From IMG/VR virus record IMGVR_UViG_3300025782_000015, positions 1 through 55,335 of that record: a stretch of 55,335 nt of DNA. One strand, given 5' to 3'. Each line of letters starts with the position of its first letter. Position 1 is the first letter of the stretch. Positions 47,529 through 55,335 of this stretch are shown here, one piece after another. This DNA comes from a virus. Its lineage: Duplodnaviria; Caudoviricetes. The position numbers and the translations under genes were made by a program. Below the pieces are notes generated by a model. It was given only the letters and a program-made list of their open reading frames with translations, was not told where the DNA came from and ran no database searches.

Positions 47529-48263
47529 ATGAAAGCTATACTACAAGACATCGTTTCACATACACACAATCTAGGATTTTTAGAGATTGTGAAAATCACT
47601 GGTGACGAAAAAACAGTTAAGATTAACTCAATGGCAGATGACCGTACAGTCATTATGTCGGCTGAAACTGCCGGACCTTATCCAGATATCCAAGGTATAT
47701 TTGGTATGCCACAGTTAAACAAATTAAAGATTCATTTAGACTGCCCAGAATACAAAGAAGATGCAAAGATTGAAGTTGTTAAGGGTCAACGTAACGGAGT
47801 AGATATTCCAGTAGGTTTACATTTTGAAAACAAAGCAGGTGACTTTAAAAACGACTATCGCTTTATGAATATGGATGTTATTAACGCCAAGTTAACTATT
47901 CCAAAGTTTAACGGTGCTACATGGGGTGTTACTATTAGCCCAACAGTATCAGCAATACAGCGTTTCAACTTTCAAGCAACTGCTAATAATGAGCATACAG
48001 AATTCACAGTCAAACTAGACGGTGATAAATTGAAATTCTCGTTTGGTGACTTGTCAACACACGCTGGCGAATTTGTTTTTGCAGATGGTGTTACTGGAAA
48101 ACTTAGAACACAATTAAGCTGGCCTGTTGCACAGTTACAAAGCATCTTAAAGATTGCCGATGTAAACAACACAACTATAAGTTTTAGTGATGACGGTGCT
48201 CTAAAAGTTACATTAGACAGCGGCTTGGCAACATACGAATATATTTTACCAGCACGAAACTAA
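47529..48263 (+). CDS. DNA sliding clamp (gp45/PCNA-like)
   Basis: About 244 aa, two-domain alpha/beta pattern, C-terminal YEYILP; directly after PolB. Confidence 0.7.
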   Translation: MKAILQDIVSHTHNLGFLEIVKITGDEKTVKINSMADDRTVIMSAETAGPYPDIQGIFGMPQLNKLKIHLDCPEYKEDAKIEVVKGQRNGVDIPVGLHFENKAGDFKNDYRFMNMDVINAKLTIPKFNGATWGVTISPTVSAIQRFNFQATANNEHTEFTVKLDGDKLKFSFGDLSTHAGEFVFADGVTGKLRTQLSWPVAQLQSILKIADVNNTTISFSDDGALKVTLDSGLATYEYILPARN

Positions 48264-48264
48264 T

Positions 48265-48681
48265 ATGATAAAAGGTTTACAGGGATCCCAAGGTGTTATA
48301 GTTGATGGCGGTAACATGTCGTTGCCGTACATCAATCCGAACGATAGTAATAGCTTTCAAGGTCTGATGAGAATCAGAGGTACCGATATCCAATATTATG
48401 ACAATGGTGTTTGGAACCTGTTACCTTCAAGCTATGCAACCATAAGGCTTGACGGATCGGCTGATAATCTGTTACAATGGGTAAGACAAAAGCAACAGGA
48501 AGAAGCCGAGTTTAAAACTATTCTCAGTAATCATGATCATCCTGCTATACAGATTGCACGTGAAAACCTAAATAAAGCTATTGCCGCAGTAAAACAAGCA
48601 GAATTACAATTAAAAATAACAACTAAACTTGCCGAAGATACTTATGTAGGCAATGAAGCAGAGGAATTACAGGCACCATGA
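48265..48681 (+). CDS. hypothetical protein
   Basis: 138-aa ORF inside the operon. Confidence 0.65.
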   Translation: MIKGLQGSQGVIVDGGNMSLPYINPNDSNSFQGLMRIRGTDIQYYDNGVWNLLPSSYATIRLDGSADNLLQWVRQKQQEEAEFKTILSNHDHPAIQIARENLNKAIAAVKQAELQLKITTKLAEDTYVGNEAEELQAP

Positions 48682-50192
48682 ATCCACCAGTAAATTTAAC
48701 ACCACTACAGAAAGACTATGCTGTCTATTTGCCAGCTATCAGTACTTTCTTTTCAACATACATTAGTAAACAGCGGTTTGATAAGTTTGTTCCGGACAAC
48801 CGCATTCCGGCAGGCTTTGATAGAGGTATCGAAGGAATGAACTTCCTTAATCCAGAACAAGGATACTTTACTTACAAGTATGGTTTGTATTCAGCAGGAC
48901 ACGCACAGTTGGATCTAGAAAAAACTATGATTCAAGATGCTATGATACAGGATCGCGATCGTGCAAACACAGTTATTGTAGGTGACTCAGGCGGATATCA
49001 GATCGGTAAAGGTGTTCTTAAATTTGATTGGCAAAACTTTTCTGGTCCTAGTGCTAACAAGACCCGTGATAATATTTTAAATTGGCTAGAGCTTACAGCT
49101 GATTGGTCTATGTTATTAGACGTGCCAACATGGGCATGTGATCATATCCATGGTCCAAAGACTGGTTTGAAAGACTTCAATGACTGTCTACAGAAAACTC
49201 TGCACAACAATGACTACTTCATTCGCAATCGCCTTGGCCAGACCAAGTTCTTGAATGTGTTGCAGGGCAGTGATTGGGAAACTGCCCAGGCCTGGTATGA
49301 AGCAGTTAAACACCTGCCTACAGAAGGTTGGGCAATGGGCGGTAAGAATATGTGTGACATGGAAGTTGCTCTTAAGCGTTTGATTATCTTACGTGATGAG
49401 AAACTGTTAGACGATCGTAACTGGATGCACTTCTTAGGTACTGCTCAATTAGATTGGTCATGTTATCTAACTGCTATCCAACGTGAAATCCGTTCGAGCG
49501 TAAATGAAAACTTTACTATCAGCTTTGACTGTGCAAGTCCGTTTATTGCTACAGCACACGGTCTTGTTTATACAAATGCACAACATACCAACAAGCGTTG
49601 GTCAGTTATTATGGACAAGGCTCCAGATAACAAAGCACTTGCATCTACAGATATTCCATTCCCGTTTGAAAGTGAAATCGGCAATCGTTTAACTATGCAA
49701 GACATTTGCCACTATAAGCCAGGCATGTTAAACAAGATTGGCAAAGAAGGTAAGACAAGTTGGGATAGTTTTGGTTATGCACTAATGATGGCACATAATA
49801 CATACTGTCATATCAAGGCTGTACAACGTGCCAACGTACTTGCAGATATTGAAAGTCACAAAGTACAACCAGACTATCGTTTCTGGAAGAAAGTAAAAGA
49901 ACGTGATATGAGTGATGAGTACTCAGAATGGGTACCACGTAATATCCTTTATTTTAATGCCTTTGTTAAAGACTTGTTTAAATCACAAACTCCTATGCAA
50001 ATGATCGAAGATGCAAAACCAATGCTTAATTCAATGATGGGCATGAGATTGCGTGGTGGTACTGCTAGTAACACATTTAAGAATCTATTTACGGAAGAAG
50101 AAACTATCAATATTGCAGGTGTTGAAGATCTTAACGATCCAGATGACCAAAAATTGTTAGAGCTTGAGCACGAGTTTATGGAGTCTCAATGA
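48678..50192 (+). CDS. tRNA-guanine transglycosylase-like (TGT/DpdA-like) base-exchange enzyme
   Basis: GDSGGYQ, LDVP, VLQG, HFLG, SFD.ASP, HN motifs of the TGT fold. Confidence 0.8.
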   Translation: MNPPVNLTPLQKDYAVYLPAISTFFSTYISKQRFDKFVPDNRIPAGFDRGIEGMNFLNPEQGYFTYKYGLYSAGHAQLDLEKTMIQDAMIQDRDRANTVIVGDSGGYQIGKGVLKFDWQNFSGPSANKTRDNILNWLELTADWSMLLDVPTWACDHIHGPKTGLKDFNDCLQKTLHNNDYFIRNRLGQTKFLNVLQGSDWETAQAWYEAVKHLPTEGWAMGGKNMCDMEVALKRLIILRDEKLLDDRNWMHFLGTAQLDWSCYLTAIQREIRSSVNENFTISFDCASPFIATAHGLVYTNAQHTNKRWSVIMDKAPDNKALASTDIPFPFESEIGNRLTMQDICHYKPGMLNKIGKEGKTSWDSFGYALMMAHNTYCHIKAVQRANVLADIESHKVQPDYRFWKKVKERDMSDEYSEWVPRNILYFNAFVKDLFKSQTPMQMIEDAKPMLNSMMGMRLRGGTASNTFKNLFTEEETINIAGVEDLNDPDDQKLLELEHEFMESQ

Positions 50193-50716
50193 AAAGAGAA
50201 TATACTACAGGAACAAGCGAAGACGTAACGTTTTTTATCGGTACAGAAATTGAACGTACTCCTGCTTATGGTATGAAAACTTTATTTGTAGTAGGTGTAC
50301 AGGATGAGCAAGTTATTGCTAATCTAGCATCTAGTAACGATTGCACACATATCTATTTTGGTGCTAATCAGAGTTTTCATACTAATGGTGTTAATGATGT
50401 TCCAGGTTGGCGTCCATGGGAAGACATGATCCAACAATGTTTAGATTTAGGTTTTTGGTGTACCTTAGACTTTGATGTAAGCGAACACGAAGGTGTCCTA
50501 GAAAGTGGGCTAACTGAATATCGTAGATTTATTCCTCAGATTTCGGTGAAATTGCCCTATTTACAACAGCTAGGATATAATGCTACAATTAAAATAGACG
50601 ATAAGAATTTCGACGCTACAAATCCCGGCGTTTGGTGTGTGCCTATTGGTGCTATTACCCAAAGGAAATATTTTACTAATTGGGATGAATATACGAAAGA
50701 TGAAATTATCAAATGA
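50189..50716 (+). CDS. uncharacterised protein within deazaguanine cluster
   Basis: ATGA-coupled on both sides; G.E.E.T...G..TLFV, HIYFGAN. Confidence 0.7.
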   Translation: MKREYTTGTSEDVTFFIGTEIERTPAYGMKTLFVVGVQDEQVIANLASSNDCTHIYFGANQSFHTNGVNDVPGWRPWEDMIQQCLDLGFWCTLDFDVSEHEGVLESGLTEYRRFIPQISVKLPYLQQLGYNATIKIDDKNFDATNPGVWCVPIGAITQRKYFTNWDEYTKDEIIK

Positions 50717-51138
50717 GTATAGATACAGTTAAAGATGCCGCCCAAAGACAAATTTGGGTTACATTCCGCAAAGAAGGCATCCATCGCTATCCGGCCGCAG
50801 GAACAGATCCTAATCTGTGTACTGCTGGAGAGTATGACGTTAGCTTCTTAGCAAACTCGCATAGACACATTTTCCATTTTAAAGTGGCTATCGATGTTTT
50901 TCATAACGACCGCGATATTGAGTTTATTCAATTCAAACGCTGGATCGAAGGTCTTTATAGCAAAGACATATTAGATCTAGACTTCAAATCATGCGAGATG
51001 ATTGCAGATGATTTGTATGACCAGATTGCGTCACGATATCCCAATCGTAACGTAGTAATTGATGTATCCGAGGACGGCGAGAACGGATGCGTCATTTCTT
51101 ATAATCTTACTCGCCCGTCTCAATCCATAGTAATCTAA
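50713..51138 (+). CDS. dpdL: QueD paralogue, DpdL-type T-fold enzyme
   Basis: LANSHRHIF matches the LxxxHRHxF signature recalled for DpdL; SCE, VSEDGENG. Confidence 0.6.
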   Translation: MSIDTVKDAAQRQIWVTFRKEGIHRYPAAGTDPNLCTAGEYDVSFLANSHRHIFHFKVAIDVFHNDRDIEFIQFKRWIEGLYSKDILDLDFKSCEMIADDLYDQIASRYPNRNVVIDVSEDGENGCVISYNLTRPSQSIVI

Positions 51139-51149
51139 AGGAAAGAAAA

Positions 51150-51407
51150 ATGTCACAACCTAAGTGGCTTGACAAATATCTGGTAATGAAGCCAGAAGTC
51201 AACAAAATCTTCGATGACCTCGAAGCTTGGCACGATCAATGTCGTTTTGAAATGATCGATTTTAACCCATCAGATCTTTATAGATCTAAAGCCTATAAAG
51301 ACTGGCAGTATTACAAGTCTAAAGGCAAGCGTCCATGGAATGGAGAACGCAAACCTTATCAAGGCAAGAATCCACGTCCGTACAATAATGAACGTTTTTC
51401 TAATTGA
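51150..51407 (+). CDS. hypothetical protein
   Basis: SD AAGGA; 85 aa. Confidence 0.65.
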   Translation: MSQPKWLDKYLVMKPEVNKIFDDLEAWHDQCRFEMIDFNPSDLYRSKAYKDWQYYKSKGKRPWNGERKPYQGKNPRPYNNERFSN

Positions 51408-52488
51408 TTTAGAAGCAGTTGAGACAAGGTACACGGGTCAATGGAAGACTCATGTACCCGCTCTCTTACGAAAGGCAGGACACAATGTTCAAATTATCTC
51501 TGGCCCTACGGATATTCCTTCAGCCACTACTCCTGGTGCTTTCCTTAATTTTGGTGGTACCAATATATACAAGTCTAGTCAAGTGGAACAAATGGGGCGT
51601 TTATTTTGCTCCGGAGCAGTTAAGTCTGGCGATCACTTCCTGTTTACCGATGCTTGGCATCCTGGCATCATAAACTTAAAGTACATGAGTGAACTGTTAC
51701 AGATTCCTGTAACGACACACGGCTTGTGGCATGCTGGATCATATGATCCTCAAGATTTCTTAGGTCGGCTAGTTGGTGCTAAACCTTGGGTCAGACATGC
51801 CGAGCAAAGTTTCTATCATGCGTTTGATCATAATTACTTTGCTACTAAATTTCATATGGAACTATTCTTTAGAGAATTACTTAACGGAGGATTCCAAAAT
51901 GAAAATCCTTGGTATGAAGAAGATTTAGCCGAAGTACTAAACAGTAAATTTCCCAAGATGCAACAAACAGGTTGGCCCATGGAGTATATGGATAATACTC
52001 TAACAACATATAAGAACATGCCCAAGCGTGATCTTATTTTGTTCCCTCATCGAATTGCTCCAGAAAAGCAAGTTGAAATCTTTAGAGATCTAAAAGAACA
52101 CTTGCCACAATACGAATTTGTAGTGTGTCAGGATCAACATCTAACCAAGAATGAATATCATAACTTGTTAGGTGAAGCTAAATTAGTGTTCAGTGCTAAT
52201 CTGCAAGAAACACTAGGAATTAGTTGTTATGAAGGTGCAATAGTAGATGCTATTCCTATGGTTCCGGACAGACTGAGCTATACTGAGATGTATTTTGATA
52301 CATTCAAATATCCAAGCGAATGGACTGAAAGTTTTGATGCCTATACTGTGTATCGTCCAGATTTGTGTGGTAAGATAATTGAACATATGGACAATTACAA
52401 AACTAGGTTGCCAAGAATAAAACAACAAGCAGACAATTTAACCCAGCACTTCTTTAGTGCTACAGAATTATTGAAAAGGTTTAACTAA
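51388..52488 (+). CDS. GT-B (GT4-like) glycosyltransferase resembling QTMAN/GTDC1
   Basis: FPHRIAPEK, QETLGIS..EG, PDRLSY.E, FAT.FH. Confidence 0.8.
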   Translation: MNVFLIDLEAVETRYTGQWKTHVPALLRKAGHNVQIISGPTDIPSATTPGAFLNFGGTNIYKSSQVEQMGRLFCSGAVKSGDHFLFTDAWHPGIINLKYMSELLQIPVTTHGLWHAGSYDPQDFLGRLVGAKPWVRHAEQSFYHAFDHNYFATKFHMELFFRELLNGGFQNENPWYEEDLAEVLNSKFPKMQQTGWPMEYMDNTLTTYKNMPKRDLILFPHRIAPEKQVEIFRDLKEHLPQYEFVVCQDQHLTKNEYHNLLGEAKLVFSANLQETLGISCYEGAIVDAIPMVPDRLSYTEMYFDTFKYPSEWTESFDAYTVYRPDLCGKIIEHMDNYKTRLPRIKQQADNLTQHFFSATELLKRFN

Positions 52489-53285
52489 TGAGTAAAATAG
52501 GAATTGTAGGATTAGGATTTGTAGGCGGGGCTATTGCCGCATCTTTCTGGGATGTTGGTCAGTTGGTTCGAGTAGACTCAGACAAAAAGCGTGGTCCAGA
52601 TCCTTTTCAAGATCTAGCTATGTGCGATGGTGTGTTTGTTTGTGTGCCAACACCACAAGATGATGACGGAACATGTGATACAAGCATCTTAGAAGACATT
52701 CTGGCAAAACTAAAAAGGATGGATTATCAAGGTGTTATTATCAGCAAGTGTACTGCTCCTCCCCATACTTACACCCGGTTAAATGCAGAGTTTCCTAATC
52801 TAGTTCATGCTCCAGAATTTTTAACTGCGGCCAATGCAGTTAAAGATTATGCTAATGGTACATTTGCTATCATTGGTGGTCGTGTTAAAGCATACCGTGA
52901 TCTAGCAGAAACTATTATCCGCGGCACACAACCCGATTTACAATCAGTTGCGCATTGTACTATCGGTGAAGCAAGTTTGGCAAAATATACTATCAATTGT
53001 TTTATGAGCACCAAAGTTATATTCATGAATGAATTGTATAATTTGGCACAAGCAAGCGATTGCGATTATGGAACCATTGCAAATATGGTTAAGATGGATC
53101 CTCGCATCGGTAACAGTCATATGCAGGTTCCAGGACCAGATGGTTCGTTTGGATTTGGTGGCGCATGTTTTCCAAAAGATACAAGTGCATTACTCAAATA
53201 CGCAGAAGAAATGGGCGTTCAATTAAACATATTAGATTCAGTCGTAAAGAAGAATTTGGTATTACGCTTGACAGAACCTAAATAA
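52488..53285 (+). CDS. ugd: UDP-glucose/GDP-mannose dehydrogenase family protein (no C-terminal domain)
   Basis: GLGFVG, CVPTP, PEFL, KY..N, D.RIG, GFGGACFPKD. Confidence 0.9.
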   Translation: MSKIGIVGLGFVGGAIAASFWDVGQLVRVDSDKKRGPDPFQDLAMCDGVFVCVPTPQDDDGTCDTSILEDILAKLKRMDYQGVIISKCTAPPHTYTRLNAEFPNLVHAPEFLTAANAVKDYANGTFAIIGGRVKAYRDLAETIIRGTQPDLQSVAHCTIGEASLAKYTINCFMSTKVIFMNELYNLAQASDCDYGTIANMVKMDPRIGNSHMQVPGPDGSFGFGGACFPKDTSALLKYAEEMGVQLNILDSVVKKNLVLRLTEPK

Positions 53286-53329
53286 TCAAGTAAAATAACT
53301 TATAGACATCCACGTCATTAACTCGGAGA
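53268..53329 (+). promoter_or_regulatory. folE promoter and SD-sequestering mini-pseudoknot
   Basis: TTGACA-N17-TAAAAT; GAC-ATCCAC-GTC hairpin (53305-53316) whose loop TCC can pair with GGA of the SD. Confidence 0.55.
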
Positions 53330-53335
53330 AATTAA

Positions 53336-54103
53336 TTGACAACATTTACATCAGAAGATTTACAGAACGTCTTAGCTGGCGCTGATCAGCAAGGCGATGA
53401 CAACAAAGAATACAAAGAAGCTAATCTAGCAGACTATATTCGTTTCAACATGAAACGAAACAACAAACGTTTCTGGGCTGGAGACAACATCAGTGAATAT
53501 GTAGTCGGACATAAAGATGAACTGATTGCTAATGCTACTAAGGCATTTGAAGATGTATTAGATGCACTTCTAATCGATCGTGAAAACGATCCTAACTCAA
53601 AAGGCACAGCCAAACGTATGGCTAAAATGTATTTTAACGAGATAATGGCAGGTAGATATGAACCAGCACCAGATGCAACAAGTTTTCCAAATGAAGTTGA
53701 AGATGGTTATAAAGGCATGCTTGTTGTACGTTCTGAGTTACGAAGCATGTGCAGTCATCACCATCAGCCTGTTAATGGTGTTGCTTATATTGGCATCATC
53801 GCCGCTGACAGACTTATCGGTCTATCTAAGTATACTAGGATCGCTCAGTGGTGTGCTCGCCGCGGAACACTACAAGAAGAACTCTGCAACGACATCGCAA
53901 GAGAAATCAGTGCGGCAACAGGTTCAAAGAACGTAGCAGTTTACATTCAAGCTACACACGGTTGCTGTGAGAATCGTGGTATTATGGCAAAGAGTTCATT
54001 AACTCAGACTACCGTATTAACAGGTGCTTTCAAAGACGATGTTGATACTAAAAAAGAGTTTTTTGACAACATTAAACTACAACAAGAGTACGCAACTAAA
54101 TGA
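53336..54103 (+). CDS. folE: GTP cyclohydrolase I
   Basis: T..R.AK, SMCSHH, GLSK..R, QE.L, H.C...RG; TTG start. Confidence 0.95.
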   Translation: MTTFTSEDLQNVLAGADQQGDDNKEYKEANLADYIRFNMKRNNKRFWAGDNISEYVVGHKDELIANATKAFEDVLDALLIDRENDPNSKGTAKRMAKMYFNEIMAGRYEPAPDATSFPNEVEDGYKGMLVVRSELRSMCSHHHQPVNGVAYIGIIAADRLIGLSKYTRIAQWCARRGTLQEELCNDIAREISAATGSKNVAVYIQATHGCCENRGIMAKSSLTQTTVLTGAFKDDVDTKKEFFDNIKLQQEYATK

Positions 54104-54327
54104 TGAGCGATATAATCCTTCTTTTAGTTGTAATGGGACTTGGCATTCTTGTTGGCCATAATTGGCATTGGGAGAGCGAGCGCAAATATAAGCAGAGATT
54201 ACTAAAAGAAATCGAAAGTGATCTTAAAGAAGAATTGACAGTAGCAAAAAACCTAAATGAAAGTCTCACACAAGACGTAGCAGAATTAAAATCTAAGTTA
54301 CGTAAACTGCAACTAGAAAGGAAATAG
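54100..54327 (+). CDS. membrane-anchored coiled-coil protein
   Basis: N-terminal TM helix followed by heptads. Confidence 0.65.
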   Translation: MMSDIILLLVVMGLGILVGHNWHWESERKYKQRLLKEIESDLKEELTVAKNLNESLTQDVAELKSKLRKLQLERK

Positions 54328-54328
54328 C

Positions 54329-55243
54329 ATGGCAACGCTTGAAGAAAAAGAACAGCTGATGAAGATACTGGCATTTACGCCACGTACCTATAAAATTACC
54401 ATGTGGGGATATGGCGGTGAGAAAGTAATGGGTACTGTAGATCGTAAAATCTACGATTACTTCAAACATCGCAGACTTGATCTAAGTGATTATGCTTGGA
54501 ACAGTGAGTATGCAGAAGAAAACAATATCCCTGAAGATATGCAACCATTTCCATCGGGCAGTTGGTATGAATGCGATAGTATGTGCCATACTAATGGAGT
54601 TAGTCGAGATGCTGGTACTTTGCAAATCGAAGATGAGAACGGCGAAACTGTAGTTGAAATGCCATTAGGAGATTGCGATGGGTGCGATGGCAGTCCGGAA
54701 TTGGATGGTGGGGAAGAATACTATATCGGTTCTAAGGCACCTGGGGAAGTTGTATTCTACGGATCTTCAAACGAAAAGGGTACCTTCTTTGAAGGTGAGA
54801 TAGAACTTACTCAACCATTCGATATTGAAAAACTTACACTATGTTTCGACGAAGTGGACGGGGAAGACATTGTACACGGTGTACGCTATGACGGTGAAGA
54901 TATCGATAACTGGGGCGGTAGCACAGATGGTAAGAGTAGCGACTTTGGTTTCTACCTAGTCAAAGATTCTAACACTTGGGAAAAGTATTCAAATATGGAT
55001 GACATTGAATACGCTATGACCGAATGGTTCCCAAAGAAGATTAGTCCAGCTCGTGAAGGCATATATATGGTCAAGACTGCTGGTAAGAACAGTTATACGT
55101 ATCAGGCCAAATGGACTGGCGCTAAATGGGTCAGCGGCTGGACTGAGCCAGAAGATTATAACGATCCAACCAGAGAAATTAAAATCAAAGAATGGCAAGG
55201 TCTTGCTCAAGATCCGGATGCATCAAAAGAAGAGAATATCTAA
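54329..55243 (+). CDS. acidic hypothetical protein
   Basis: 304-aa ORF; SD AAGGA. Confidence 0.7.
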   Translation: MATLEEKEQLMKILAFTPRTYKITMWGYGGEKVMGTVDRKIYDYFKHRRLDLSDYAWNSEYAEENNIPEDMQPFPSGSWYECDSMCHTNGVSRDAGTLQIEDENGETVVEMPLGDCDGCDGSPELDGGEEYYIGSKAPGEVVFYGSSNEKGTFFEGEIELTQPFDIEKLTLCFDEVDGEDIVHGVRYDGEDIDNWGGSTDGKSSDFGFYLVKDSNTWEKYSNMDDIEYAMTEWFPKKISPAREGIYMVKTAGKNSYTYQAKWTGAKWVSGWTEPEDYNDPTREIKIKEWQGLAQDPDASKEENI

Positions 55244-55335
55244 TGGGCTGGCTAAAAAATAAAGTTCGCTATTGGTTAAACAATGACGAGTATGCTATAG
55301 CATCAGTTGCTCGTGGTCGTAATTCTATTACATTA
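55243..55335 (+). CDS. 5' end of hypothetical protein (truncated)
   Basis: TAATG coupling; MGWLKNKV... open to window end. Confidence 0.55.
   Translation, partial: MGWLKNKVRYWLNNDEYAIASVARGRNSITL

Noticed and set aside
48678-50192. Canonical bacterial tRNA Tgt
   Set aside because: Lacks the CxCxxC zinc site, is much longer and diverged, and sits in the replication operon. A tRNA target is not excluded, so no gene symbol was given.
1-55335. Stop-codon reassignment, as seen in some large phages
   Set aside because: Long conserved genes are intact under code 11, and TAA, TGA and TAG (queD) all end genes at expected positions.
1-55335. CRISPR array, tRNA genes, DGR, retron or IS element
   Set aside because: Intergenic gaps are short; no repeat-spacer periodicity, cloverleaf, reverse transcriptase or transposase motif was seen by eye.

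Overview
A gene-dense, AT-rich, mostly + strand segment of a large lytic T4-like (jumbo-type) tailed phage genome read with the standard genetic code. No tRNA, rRNA, CRISPR array, integrase or IS element is evident. From left to right it contains: small hypotheticals, ClpP, QueD, UvsE, Fe/Mn-SOD, and a tail/baseplate block (2580-aa fibre with an autoproteolytic chaperone C-terminus, 1108-aa Ig-repeat protein). Next come a truncated DnaE piece, GroES, two insulated accessory ATPase modules (GHKL/MORC-like and AAA-like) with a REase-like gene nearby, a clamp loader, PhoH, spanins plus holin, and DnaJ-PDF-ClpA. Then follow putative capsid-packaged processed proteins including a triple-nucleotidyltransferase polyprotein, two 2OG-Fe(II) oxygenases, family B DNA polymerase, sliding clamp, and a 7-deazaguanine cluster. 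The best candidate for an undescribed system is that cluster: a TGT/DpdA-like enzyme carrying the same C-terminal N-T-F-x-x-L-F peptide as the polymerase (putative clamp tether), a DpdL-type QueD paralogue, a glycosyltransferase resembling queuosine mannosyltransferase (QTMAN/GTDC1), an NDP-sugar dehydrogenase and FolE. Both folE and the distant queD are preceded by small preQ1-riboswitch-like pseudoknots. Together this suggests a replication-coupled, RNA-feedback-controlled pathway making a sugar-modified 7-deazaguanine. Also notable are a tandem covarying hairpin operator before the polymerase, promoters embedded in RBS-masking hairpins, and several leaderless genes. All family calls come from motif recognition by eye and recalled consensus sequences; no searches were run.
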